Assembly: GCF_000143415.4 (NCBI RefSeq)
Contig: NW_003314421.1
Span: 153,525-217,524, forward strand
Source: Selaginella moellendorffii
Taxonomy: Eukaryota > Plantae > Lycopodiophyta
Direction of reading: 5' to 3'
Length of the DNA stretch: 64,000 bases
Shown here one piece after another: positions 12,677 to 25,291 of the stretch. The notes beneath the pieces were generated by a model. That model had not been told where the DNA came from, made no database searches, and saw nothing but the letters and a program-made list of their open reading frames with translations. Numbering within the stretch: position 1 is the stretch's first letter; the number at the start of each line of letters is the position of its first letter. The position numbers and the translations under genes are program-made.

Positions 12677-15600
12677 GTGTCTATGGATCGAAACTTTGTT
12701 ATACACTGTCAAAGGCTTAGGGAAGGCAATGCTGCTGTATCAGTAGAGACTGTCTTCGATGGGAATGTGGTCGCTATTGAACGAGGAGAGATGGTCGTCG
12801 GGGTAAATGTTGTTGTTGCCTTGAAAAATCTTCAGAAGAAAGCAGATGTTGGGGACAGCGCAAGTGCGACGCATGTTCCCTCCGTGGATCTTAAGAACCG
12901 TGCTACATGGATTCAAGCAAAGGTGTTTCTAAACAACCCCGAGGGGGAGGTGGTAGCTGAGGGCTTAGCCACAGTTGTCGATCCAAGAGATGCGGTTGCT
13001 AATCAAGAATTGGGCTGGGATGATATTGGAGTTGCGATTTTAAAGGTTGTTGACACAGAAGAAAACAATCTGACTATTAGAAGCATTGTGCGGTGGAAAT
13101 TGAGGCACTTAGTGTTTGAGAATGTGAAGGATTCACAATCAAACACCACTACAACTGATGACAGAACATCTCTTCATGGGAAAAGAAAGTACACCTTCCT
13201 AAAGCACAGCCAAAGGGATCTGAGCAACGAACCGAAAAGGCAGAAAATGGCGATGGAGGTTCGAATGGTCTTAACAGTTGCTTGTTGCAAGAGGAGGTGC
13301 TGTCAACATGCTGATTGGGATGCTATTGAAGAGGAGAGAGCAAGATACAAGACATTGTCCTGGAAGGCAGCTCGCAATTTTGTGTATGAGGCATTACGGT
13401 CATTTGTTGATGCTTCAGAACATCAGGTGGGGGGCATGGTCTTCCAGAGGGGTTTGGTCTGCATGAAGGCATGGAGAATCATTTATGGAGTCCCTCGAAG
13501 CACATTCTACAGAATCAAAACTGAGTTCGAAGAACAAAGGGTTCAACAGGCAGTCCATGAGAACAACGGTACGCGCAAAACCAGGGGTCATGTTGTATAT
13601 GGAGAGGCAATCTTCAAGAGGTTTGTCGAGACATATAGCGAGCAGCAACCACATAAAACCCGCCTCTTGGAAGATGGAACACGAGACACCCAACGAGTTC
13701 TCCCTTCCATGTATACCAAGGGGGCCATATTGGAAGATGTGAATCGGGAACTCCAGAGTAATGGCTACAGGAAGCTGAGTCAATCTAGATTTAGTAGATT
13801 GTGGAGCAACAGGTTCAGGGATGTGAGTATAGGAAAGTACTCCAGCTTTTCAAAGTGTGACGAGTGCACTGCTATCAAAATGGCTTTGTCGAAGAATTCT
13901 TGCAGCGCTCAAGAGCGAGAGACGTTGGTTAGAAGGCGGCTCGACCACAACATCGAGCAGAGAAGCTGCAGGACTGCATATTATCATAACAGGATTCTCT
14001 CCATGGAGAGACCTGACTCTTACCTCTGCATCATCCACGACAAAATGGACCAGAAAAAGACGTGCTTACCTCGACTCAATCCTGCCCCCAAGGCAATCTC
14101 TTCATCCATACAGCTGCCTGTGTCTCTGTTTGGCATAATTGCTCATGGGCATGGTGCCCAGAACTATGGGAACTTCTTTGTACCTCTATGGGGTGGCGGG
14201 GGTGCAAACATGATGATTGCGTCCCTAGCAAAACACTTAAGGTCTCTGCAAAGTGCGCAGACTGAGCTGAACGGCCAACCCTTGCATAAGGCCCTTGTCG
14301 ATCGAACCCCATACAGGGTTCAGCTGGAGGAGGAGCAAAGGCTTGCAGTATCGCGTGGGGCCCCATGCCATCCCAGTGAATATGTTGGCCGTCAGATTGT
14401 AGGGTTATCACGTGAGGCCTCATGCCATTCCGACGAGGCTGGTCGCCCGGTGAATGCACAGCCTCATCCAAACGAAGCAGAATCTCAAGGAAGTTCTTGC
14501 GGCCGATGTGGCCTTCCACCCCATCTTCTGCTCCAAACAGACAATGCTGGCAGTGAGAACAAAAACATGTACGTCTTCACGTACTTGGCGATGCTTGTTG
14601 CCAAAGGCATATTTGAAACGGTTACACTTGGCTTTCTCATGGTTGGGCACACTCATGAAGACGTGGATGCCATGTTCAGTCACCTGGCAGAGTCCCTCCG
14701 GCGATCCAATGTCCTCACCCTCCCACAACTCTACGATGAATTCCAAAATTGCATCAAAGGCAATGTTGAAGCTGCACTTCTGACAGAGGTTCCAGACTTT
14801 AAGGGGTTTGTAAGAAGCTACATCAGGGACGGATCTGAAATGCTGATTGGCCACTCCAAGCCTCTTCAGTTTCATTTCAGCATGCGTGACGGTGCTCTAG
14901 TGATGAGGTACAAGATGAGAGAATGGGACACAGTGTGGCTGCCAGTGGACGGCATTGAACTCTTCAAGAGAGATCCCATAATTGGGGAACCTATGATTCC
15001 TCAGGGTTCCCCACGGCCGATGCACCCGGATGGACTCAAAGACCAGGAAAGTATAGTGGCCGGGATTAGACAGCATATTGCCTTCTGGAAGAGGGGGTTG
15101 GTGTTTGGTGGAGAATCCTATTTTCAGAGGTGCAAGCCTTTGCTCGAATACTGGGAGAAGATTATATCTGCTATCCAAAATGGGCCGGTTGTATATGAAG
15201 AATTGGAAGAGTCCTTTTGGCCAGAACCCAGAGCACCAGATAGTAGCGGAACAATGTCCTCTGGAAATGCAGTGACAGATAACGATGTTGAGGATCATTA
15301 TTGTGGGCCGAGGAACAAGAAGCCGGATTCAGCATTCAATCCAGTACAGGTCTGCAAAGGAATGGTCGTGCTTGTCAGACCCAGTAATAAAAAACAAATG
15401 ATATGGGTGGGGCGCTGCATCACTGATGCAGAGGAGGACGCGGAAACTAACTCCTTCAATGTAACTGTGGAGTGGTTCAAGCCAAGTTCCGGATATACGA
15501 AGGATTGCCTAGAAAAGAGATGGGTGCTGAATCCAAGGGATCCCAGCATGAGCATATCGGTGGATAATGTTGTGCATGGTTGGATGCGGAAGCAGAGTGC

Positions 15601-15749
15601 CACCATCACCTTGCCAGACCATGCAAGAGATGCAGCAAGAGCATTCATAACCCGGGTTCAAGGTGAGATTCATTAATATTCCTTTACTAAGTTTCTAATG
15701 TATTTTATTTCAAGGTGAACAATCCGAATCTGAATCAGAGGAGGCGTGA
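12677..15749 (+). CDS. DDE/RNase H-fold transposase (DUF7869/Sola-like motif set) with N-terminal Tnp1/En/Spm-like domain and C-terminal beta-rich (SH3/Tudor-like) domain; 5' end may lie in the gap
   Basis: Uninterrupted 999-aa ORF; CCKRRC, FSKCDEC, IIHDKMDQKKTCLP, LQTDNAGSENKN, FLMVGHTHEDVDAMFS; N-terminal VVAEG..VDP..V...ELG; probable last intron 15663-15714 and exon GEQSESESEEA* ending 15749. Confidence 0.85.
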
Positions 15750-16361
15750 TGGCATGTGGCCTTACGCCATTCCTAGGTGAGATGATACAAATAACAAGTA
15801 TAAATTCTTAGTTGTTCTAGCAAATCTTACTTAAAGTTCAAGGTGAACAAGCCGAATATGAATTCATCGGATTGTTATAACAAATTGCGAGGTGATGGCA
15901 TGAGGCGATACGCCATTTGAGAGTGGTAGCCATTCTTATATGAGGTGAGTGAAATATTTATTAGAAATACCTCATTCAATTGTGCACTTCTAAGTCTTGG
16001 TCCACTCAGTACTGTTTGCATGTTTTTATTTTAATTCTTTCTCTAAAATGTTATTTAGCATGTGGCTTCATGCCATTGCTCTCCACAATCATGCATTGAA
16101 TTTTTCTATCCTTGCATAATACTTCTCCATATATATAGCATGTGCGCACATGTGATATGGTTCATTAGGCCTGATATAGTGTGTGAGGTAAAACAAAGAT
16201 GATGTGACATATGCATTTACCAATCATACGTGCATAAATCTAATAATATGGGCCACACGCCATATTATTAGATTTATTGTACCATCATTCCCTTGCAGCG
16301 TGTGTGTTGGTTTCCTTTCATAACACAACGAACTCCATATTTTAGGGTGAAGAGCGTTCTC

Positions 16362-16619
16362 ATGGCAAGCACAAAATCTGTAAGTGAGGCAGAAAAGGAG
16401 ACGGAGAAGGAGATAGGTGAAGATGTAGAATATATAAGTCTTCCAAACTCCCCGTACTATACTCCAGGTGATCATTTTTCTGAACAAACGGCAACATTAA
16501 CAACTATCGAGAACGCCCCAGTAACGTCAGAGACAACAATCCAAAGCAAAACAACTGACCCGGAGAAGGATGATAGTACCGCTGAGAGTACCAAAAAGGA
16601 GGTGTCCACTAGCACTTAG
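16362..16619 (+). CDS. Small Ser/Thr/Glu-rich ORF or additional exon inside the element
   Basis: Open frame MASTKSVSEAEK...STST* preceded by an acceptor-like TTTTAG at ~16346 and followed by a palindrome. Confidence 0.3.
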   Translation: MASTKSVSEAEKETEKEIGEDVEYISLPNSPYYTPGDHFSEQTATLTTIENAPVTSETTIQSKTTDPEKDDSTAESTKKEVSTST

Positions 16620-17109
16620 GCTTATAATGGCGTGTGCCCTCATGCCATTTACTTGATCACCAAATACCTTTTTCCCTTTGCACTAGTATATTTTAATACC
16701 GGTCTGAGAAATAGAATGGCATGTGCCCTCAGGCCTTTTACTAAATCACCTTTGAAAGAAATGCAAGCCTCTATGTCGTAAAAAAAAGGTACTAGAGAAA
16801 TTCCTTAATAATATGAATGTTATTTAGTTTCATGAAAATACACTAAGGGTCAAATGAGTTAAACGACTTCTCCAGACTAGCAATGCCTCTTGCTACACCT
16901 TCACAATTAGATTCGTTAGAAAAAGATAACATTGAATAATATCTAAATGTTCTCACCATTAAGTTATATGTCTAGCTAATAGGAATGACGTTCATCTTGG
17001 AAAGCTCACCACACGCTCAATGAACAAACAAATAATGTGTGTGTGCATGCCATCGCTCTTCTTTAGCTTCAGATTCGGCTTGTTCACCTTGACAATGAGA
17101 TTTATTATA

Positions 17110-18140
17110 CAACCAGATGGACTCAGTCTGGACACAAAGTCACCGCGCTAGTCACCATGCCCCAGATATGTCTAGCCCCTGGACAAAAAACATATAATTT
17201 CACGTCATTTTCAAATACTTGAAAATTTGTACCTAGTCCCATTTTACTGAATAAATCCCACTTTAACGAAATAGAGCTTATGTCTAGAATATCCATAGAT
17301 TCAAATGAGATCACTGAGGTGATCTTTATAGAATTGCAGAGGCTTCCATAGCCAGCCAACCGGCATTCCAAGCTCTCTTTTGATCCATCCCAAATTCTGA
17401 CACCATCGTCAATATATCTCTTAAGATATATTGGCCAATTAGAAGAGATGGCCTTAAACTCGTCCTCGAGGGAACAAAGAAAAAGGCAAGCATACACTAC
17501 AGCAAAGTTGGACCCATAGCAGTGCCTTGGATTTGAAGGAAATAACTCCCATCGAACTCAACATAATTGTGTTCAAGGATGAGTCCTACAGCAGCCATGA
17601 CAAAGCGTACTTGCATTGAATCTCCAAAATTTCTATATATGAATTTATGGAGGCAATAGAGCCCTTCACGTGTGGGAATGCTCGGGTAGAGCAACTCCAC
17701 ATCAAAAGTGAAGAGGAGGCAGTCTTTTGGGAGCTGCTTTTTATGAAGATCATGAAGGAGGGTGTGGGAGTCCATAAGAAAGGTTTCCTGTTGGAGGAGA
17801 ATGCCAAAAAGTTGGCGGTGAAGCCATTTTGCAAGTGGCTTCCAAATGTAGCCAACATAGCTAGCAATTTGTCTCCCATGAATTGGCTGCTTGTGTATTT
17901 TTGGAAGAAAATACAACAAGCAAGCCTTACATGGAGGTGAGGGCAAAGTGGCGAGGTACTTGGCTGTGTTCTTGTCGAGCCACAAGCAAGATTTTTCTCA
18001 TTCTTGTCAAGCCACAAACAAGATTTATACGAGATAAATCTTGCTTGTGGCTTCAGAAGTGGGCTCTTCGGAAACTCAATTTGCAAGCGAGAGCATCACC
18101 CTTCCCAGCATTTGGTACCACCTCTCAATCTAGCCTGTCC
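17110..18140 (-). mobile_element. Penelope-like element (PLE) reverse transcriptase fragment
   Basis: DKN motif, LYFLPKIHK..GRQI, LFTFDVELLYPSIP, NYVEFDG..LQIQGTAMG, YLKRYIDD; frameshifted. Confidence 0.85.
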
Positions 18141-18159
18141 TTGAACACACTCTCAAAAA

Positions 18160-20228
18160 GGTATGCATAATGGTTCGTAAGTATGTGTGGCAAGGCACGC
18201 TTGTCGCAAGAAGGATCATGGCCAAGGTTGCGTGGCAATCCACAGCATGTCCACGAGTCCTAGGAGGATTGGGAGTTATCAATCTGAGTAATATGGCAAA
18301 GGCACTACTATACAAAATCCTCCTTATGGGCCTTCAACTAGGTAACTAACCTTGGAAACTCATGTTCAGGCAAAGCTTGTTAGCAATCTAGCCTAGGCAC
18401 AACATTGCAAGACCATGGGAGGAGGATCCACATTGGCTTTTTGCTAAAGGGTTGAAGCAAGTAGTCAATGGCAACACGCTGGTTCAAGGGTTTCTCAAGT
18501 TATGGAGTGAGTTTCCAGTTAGTAGGGAAATCCCGGGGTGAGCGGAGGACTGGCTGAACCAGCCCCTATTCTTCAATGACCTCTTCAAAGTGGATGACAG
18601 GACGCTGGGCAAGGAAGACCACTACACAATCTGGAGAAAGTTGCATGGCGAAGGCTTCCGAACTCTCAAGCAACTGGTGGGAGTTCTAGACAAGGATAGG
18701 AGGAAGACTACAAGGTGTATGCAGGTCTTTAACCCAGGATGGTGGAGGAAAGTCCACCTTAATCTTCTTTGCATCATTAGAGTAGTGAGTGAGGTGAAGA
18801 AGGGGCAGTTTTGGCCTAGGTGACGTCTCAAAGCTGGAGACTTTGAGGTTTTGCAATGGGACGTGGAGCTGGACAGGGAACGAGCTAGCTTGGGGGCCTG
18901 GACATGGGTGTTTACAACCCCAACACCAGCTTGGGAGGATAGTGATGTGGAGGTGTGGTTCGTTGTGTCTCCCAAACAGAATGTTGGGTGTTCATTTCGG
19001 GTTATGAGAGGCGACATGCTACTGCCAACAGGACATGAACAGGTCATGCTGATGGTGACAGATGACAAAGTCAAGGGTAGGATTCGAGTAGTATGACAAA
19101 CTCTAAAGCAGTTGGTGGTGGTTCAATTGATGGCCACACTAGAGGGGGATGGCATTCTTCGATGGTGGCAATAGTAGCTCATCGAGGATTTGGATTGGGA
19201 CCCAATAGCATGGAAATGAGGAGCAAGGAGCTTCTTCTCATTTGAGGTCAAGAAAGCACAAGATGGTCTCTTGATCAGTAGGGAGGAGGCCCGAGGGGAG
19301 ATCCCCAAGCTCTAGAAGAAATGGATCGAGCAAAAAGTTGAAGCAAATTAGGTGGTGGACAACATGCTTGCGTTCTGGAAACTACTGGTACAGAAGAAAG
19401 TCAAGGCCACCTCTTGGTTGGTGGCTAATAACAGGCTGCAAGTAGGACAGTAGTTCTAGGGGGAAGCATGCTGATGATGCAAGGAGTGTGGCAAGCTATA
19501 GACAGCATGACATGCACTTTGGGAATGTGATGTGGCAAGAGAGGTATGGCGACAGATCCTCAAGGTGATGTAGGAATTAGGAGACATTCCGAAGTTCAAG
19601 GCTCAGAGCAGGGATATCCTCCACTGGTTTGAGGGTGCTAGAGGTCTAGCCATTGGTCCAGCTTGGAGGTGCATTCGCTATCACGGATGACATGGATGGA
19701 ACATGCGAGTCTAGTGGGATGCGATAGGGGCTAAAGTCAAGATGTTAGTTTGGGAGGTGATGGGCCATAAGTGCTGGTCCATCTGGAGAGGGACAAGAGT
19801 GCAAGCACTTTGGGAGGCACGAGCACACTGTCACTTTAATGGGAAACAAGTGAGGATATTGGTGATGGTGGAATCGTGGTGAAGACTCACTCTTGTAGCG
19901 GTGTGTCTTCATTATGCCATCCTGAAAGAGCGGGTGAAACCAAGGCATCTAGAGGAGTGGAGGTCCAGGTGGCTCCCATACCTTGGTAGAATGGTAGGTG
20001 GCGAGATTCGCTGGCAATGCCCCCCCCCCGGACTCTATTCTACACTCAGCTCGAGTGGGAGACTTGAACATTGACATGATTTGAATGTGATGACCACGTC
20101 CACTTCTGCTTCAACACTAGGTCCAGCTGTGACACAAGAGGATCACGTAGAGTAGCTCATTGAGAGGGCGGCACGTCTAGTTTTTGTATTAGTCCCATTG
20201 GGACATGGGGAATGTACATATACGTTTA
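18160..20228 (+). mobile_element. 5'-truncated, degraded L1 LINE (3' part), same family as 40203-47970
   Basis: Matches the ORF2 C-terminus (AKVAWQS, WLNQPLFFN) and 3' end GGGAATGTACATA.ACGTTT of the minus-strand copy. Confidence 0.85.
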
Positions 20229-20749
20229 TCGATCTCACCAGATAGCAGCAGGGACCTAGCAAAACCCTAATGTTGGATGAATTTTATGGAGGCAATGGTG
20301 GAAGGCACCCAATACCATGGCTGCTGTGATCGAAGGTGCAGCCAGAGGTAGAAGAGCGTACAGAGGAGAGTGTGCAATCTCCCCGCACTTGCTACCATCG
20401 GCGGGGGCATCTGCCGTGAAATTTAGGGAAGCATTGTTCCCCTTTCTTTGTTTCTGCTGTGTACTCACTCTCTTGTTAGCAGCATGGAGAACAGCCACAA
20501 GGGAGTCATGGCCGTCAGACACAAAATCCCTAGGCCCCAAAGTGGAGCCGAAAGGGTGCCACGTGGTAGTGGCCGAAGTGAAAGCCAAACGAACGTAACA
20601 CGTTTGGACTAAAAGCTCCAACTTGAAAGGTTGAGAGCGGGAGTGAAACTCCCAACAAAGTGCTCGAGGAACAAGCACAAAGCGAGCAATAAGCGAGGCT
20701 TCAAAAAGGGACCCAAAAGGACCAACACATGACACGTGGAAGTGTCTGA

Positions 20750-21112
20750 GATAGAGTCCGAGATGGACCCGAGTTAGAGCCTGAGGTGGAGTCCGAGATG
20801 GAGTTCGAGATGGACCTGAGTTGGAGTCCAAGATGGAGTCCGAGATGGACCGAGACGGAGTCCGAGATGGACTGAGACGGAGTCCGAGATGGAGTCCGAG
20901 ATGGAGTCCAAGATGGACCAAAACAGAGTCTGAGATGGAGTCCGAGAGGGATCCGAGAGGGATCCGAGATGGAGTCCGAGATGGAGTCCAAGATGGACTG
21001 AAACGGAATCCGAGATGGAGTCCGAGAGGGATCCGAGATGGAGTCCGAGATGCACCCGAGATGGACCCAAGATGGAGAGTCCAAGATGGACCGAGATGGA
21101 GTCCGAGATGGA
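20750..21112 (+). repeat. 12-bp minisatellite (GAGATGGAGTCC)n inside LTR
   Basis: Tandem GATGGAGTCCGA units; also at 25370-25620, 27075-27790, 48960-49170, 49390-49790, 50050-50305 and inverted at 59945-60192. Confidence 0.95.
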
Positions 21113-24100
21113 GTATATGAAGTATATCACCACTAGTGTTGGCATTGGAAGGTCCTAGGAGTGGGCCTATCCTTGAGGAGTAGTAAGTCGAGAGGACATG
21201 ACTCTCCACTCAAGTTCATGCGTGAACTTGGGCGTGATGTGGTGGATAGAAAAGGGGCCAGTAAGGAAACGACTTTGGGATCTTGGAAACAGTATAAGGG
21301 TTTCCTCAGAGAGTTGAGGATATGATCCAAATAAGTGTTTGACATAGCCAACTGGCTAATATAGTTGTGTTAAACAACTATAGTTTAGATCACGTGAAAG
21401 ATAGAGACTCCAAAGCAATAAAGGAGTCACAAGATTATCCTCATATAGTTGAGGTTGGTGCTCATGAATGTGAGACCAGAAGTAATGACCGCAAGAAGTC
21501 AAATACGGAAAAGGACATGAGTCCTTGAAATGGTAGCCGGAGCTACCTCTAATAAATGCTGGAACAACCCAAGGAGTTGGGGGTGTACTCAGAGGATGAG
21601 TTGGTATTCTCATCACATGGACAAGTGGTCCTAAGGGGTAAAAGGTTGCCCCAAGAGAACAAATCAAGTGTCAGAGTAACACTTGCAAAGATGGTCTTTG
21701 TGAGTAGGACTTGAATACAAGAAGTAGTATTCCAGTGAGCTGACATCTCAAAGGTAGGACCTCATGGGTTGTCGGATGACAAAGTCCAAAAAGCTGGATG
21801 ACTCAAATAGAGTCAAGGAATATTCCTAAAGGATTGATGGAAGCATTTGGATTGAGGTGTGTTGTACCCCACGAAGGATGGGGGGGATCATAAGATCCAA
21901 GGATGAGAACAGAGGGTATCTTATCGATGGTAGAGTGGGCCATGCTAAAGTCGTGGGAAAGGTGTTCCCCAAAAAAGAAAGCAATTTTGGCATAGAGTTG
22001 TGTGTGAACACTGTGGTGCAGTGCTAACTGCTAGTTGGCATGAAAAAACGACTACCTTGGTCTTGGCAAAGACCGAGACACAAGTAAGAAGTGTTATAGA
22101 GGTAGGCTTGTGGAGCCATTAGTGGGGAGACACAAAATGTGCCAAAGTGAGATACCTTGAGGTTATGTTGATGAGTTCATGGGAACCCCTTGCCAAGGGA
22201 ATGGCATAGCCTAAGCTGGAAGGCATGTGGTTAGAGTGTGGTGACCCAGATAATGATGGAGGTGTGGAAGCACCAAACAATGAGTTGTAGGACTTGACAA
22301 TTATAGGGCAATTAAGCAAGAGGTGCAAGATAATTGGTTAAACGGGTAGAAGGTAGCTACCCAAGACTTCTTAATGGCATAAGGAAGTTAGATATACCCT
22401 TATGAGGGATAAATTGCTTATGTTGCGATATAGTGAATCAATGTCGAAAAAGGAAATGCTCATTGACAAGAAGACCATCATTGAGACACCCAAACACTCT
22501 AGAACACTAGGAGGTGGTGTTTAGTGTCGCGAAGGCAATGGATAATGCCCAAGGGACAAAGTCCCTAGCAAATGAAGGATAGGAGGTGCTATCCAAATGT
22601 CCAAGGTTGTGGAGATAGGAGAAGTCTGTTTACCCAAATTGGACAAAGCCAAAGAGGGATTTTGGCAAGGCTAGTGATGGGCATATGGAGGCCTATAATT
22701 AGCAACGGTAATCCCGGTGTGTGGGATTATAAGGTGAGCATGCCCAGATTGAGGAACCACTCCCTAAGCTATTGGGTAGGTTCATCCCTATGAATACTTG
22801 CTAAGGCGTGGTAAAATGTGGAAAGCTATCCTCCTAGTATGGAGGAGAATAACCAAAGGAAACATATGGGGCCAAAAGGCAAATAGTATTGGGCTGGAAC
22901 TGAACTATAGAAATCGAAGGGCATAACTAACGGTGGTTATGCAAGTTGAGAGTGGAGAATCAAGAGGATGTTCGAGGATGTTGTTACTAGCAACTGCGGT
23001 GCCATGGATAGTCCAAAATGTGGAATTATCCATGTTGGACCATATGGTGAGTAGGGAGCTTGCAAAAGAGAAGCCTTAGCAAGCTAAGGAACAGAGTTCC
23101 TTGAAGGTTCCCAAAGACAATTTTAGGTAAATAAGTACGTAGAAAGCCAAGTGTAAATGGTTCCTAAAGCGCGTGAAATCAGAGTGGCGCAACAGAAGCG
23201 TGGTCTTGAAGCTAGCTATGAGGCGAGGCTATCAAGGTTGGGGAAGTAGTTCCCGAGCGTACAAAGAGAGGGCTTTGAACAAAAGTCGATGGTTAAGGAC
23301 TTTCACGCTTATGCATGAACCATGTTACGGTGGCCGGATGACTTGCTACGCAAGATTAGCGAGTCAGGGGAACAAATCCCCTAGTTGAAGGTGCTAACTT
23401 CAAAAGGGGTGGCCCATGGGGCCGAGCATGGAGGAGTCCATGCATGATCACAGACTTTTCAAGCGAGAGGACTTGGCAATATATGCCCTAAGCTGTGATC
23501 TATAGCGTGCTTTAAGTATAAATTGTTGCACCGGCGTGGGGAGTCACGCCAGGCATCCTGTGCAATGCCATCTGTAGATGCATATATGGAGGTTGGGTTC
23601 GAGTCCCGACCCTCTAGTGCTTAGGTTCGAGTCCCAAATTACTAGGGCATGGTGATGGTTTGGAATATGAGGACACTCATTTTTCGGTGGTCATGGACTC
23701 TCAGTGAGGAGACTGGTTTGGGCACACTGCCAAGCGAGGGATGCCTCGGAGTCATGATGCACGGTTAGATTGCTTAGTGTGGCTTAGCATATTTAACTTG
23801 AACACTTTGGTGCGAGTGGCACCAAGGACGTGGTGAATGAGATGGGGACACCCAGTCTCAGTTGCTATGGACCCTTAGCCGGAAGGGCTGGCTTGGGTGC
23901 ACCGCCAAATGTGGGGGATGCCCCCGGGGTCATGGTGAACAACTTAAAGGTCTGGAAGACCTAATGCCTATTGGCAAACTTGTTAAGGTGCCAAAGTGTG
24001 ATCACTAGGTGATCTTATGGCTAAAACAAGGACAAGGTCCTTGTGAGGATAAGGGATAAACTTCCTAGTTCAAAGTGTTGGTTTGAACTATTGATGATGG

Positions 24101-25291
24101 TGTGGCTTGGTCAAGGTGACCAAGTGTTAAGAACACCTAAGGGAAATCATTTGTGACTATGCGATGGCATAGTGAGTCCGAAGAAGGTAGTCTCTATAAG
24201 AGACCCAGGGGAGGGTCACAAAATTGGGCCAAGGATAGAGTCTACAGTAGAAAATCCTAAAGAGACGTACTAGGGGTGAACACCCTCTGGACTTGGCAAA
24301 GCAAAATCTTTGCTATGGAACTGAAAGGAAACCTCGAGAATGGAGGTAGTAATCCGATGTTGCTAGGTGCAACAATCGAGGATAGGAGCAAAAGACTAGT
24401 GGCTAAGAAAATAGCCATGGGAATAGTGGGAAAGAATTCGAAAGGCAAAGTTAGGCCAAAACACTAAGGTGTTGGGTGCTAACGAATTATGGGAAATGCA
24501 ATGTGTTTCCAAGAATAGATTCCCAATTGCTCCAATTTGGCGAAAATGGAAGCTCCAAGGGAGGGAGCGGTAAAGTAGCCAAATGATAGGGCCATGGACA
24601 GCCCTAACACAAACTATGATAACTGAAACTTAGTGCCTAAGGTGGCACGAAATAGAAAAGAGGATGATGGTGCCCTCAAGTAAAAAACTTCCTACGATGG
24701 GGAAGTGGAGTTGCACAATATATGCAAAGCAAGGTGTCGGAGACACCTAAGATATGGACTTTGAGAAGTCAAAAGTAAAAGTTCCAAAGTGCAAATGTCA
24801 TATTGATGAAAACAGAGACTACTCGAGATGGAGTAGTGGGATTGAGATAGAGACGGTGTCTCTAACAGGTTTAGCAAGAACTAAACTAATAAAAGGGAAA
24901 GAACCACCATAAGTGGTCAATCGAGTCTCTATGTCCGAGAGGCTATACACCTTAGAGGATGGAGAAGGCATGGTGAGCCTTTGGTGTCATACCATTGACG
25001 AATATTGACTAGGTGCTAAGGATGGAAAGGGTAATACATATTGGTGTTACTTTATAAAAATGGTTTACCGTTTGATGAGGACATCAATCTTCGTCTATGG
25101 GTGGTGGAGTTGTGAGGCACAAAATCCCTAGGCCCCAAAGTGGAGCCAAAAGGGTGCCACGTGGTAGTGGCAGAAGTGAAAGCTAAATGAACGTAACACG
25201 TTTGGACTGAAAGCTCCAACTTGAAAAGTTGAGAGCGGGAGTGGACTCCTAACAAAGTGCTCGAGGAACAAGCACAAAGTGTGCAATAAGC

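Larger units (their letters stand above)
4418..17092. mobile_element. Large DNA-transposon-like unit: DDE transposase (+), divergent ParB-like/MTase-like/FCP1 gene (-), ~30 dispersed 22-bp palindromes; termini not found
   Basis: Extent defined by the palindrome family, which occurs on both sides of the N gap and stops where unrelated retroelements begin. Confidence 0.7.

Noticed and set aside
4418-17092. Palindromes as a CRISPR-like array
   Set aside because: Spacing is irregular (tens to thousands of bp), context is eukaryotic and there are no cas genes
4405-17100. Terminal inverted repeats or TSD for the DNA transposon
   Set aside because: No convincing complementary ends found by eye; both sides are cut by retroelements
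23533-23552. Palindrome-like GGCGTGGGGAGTCACGCC in the gypsy interior
   Set aside because: Single weak match without the conserved arms or GGCC centre
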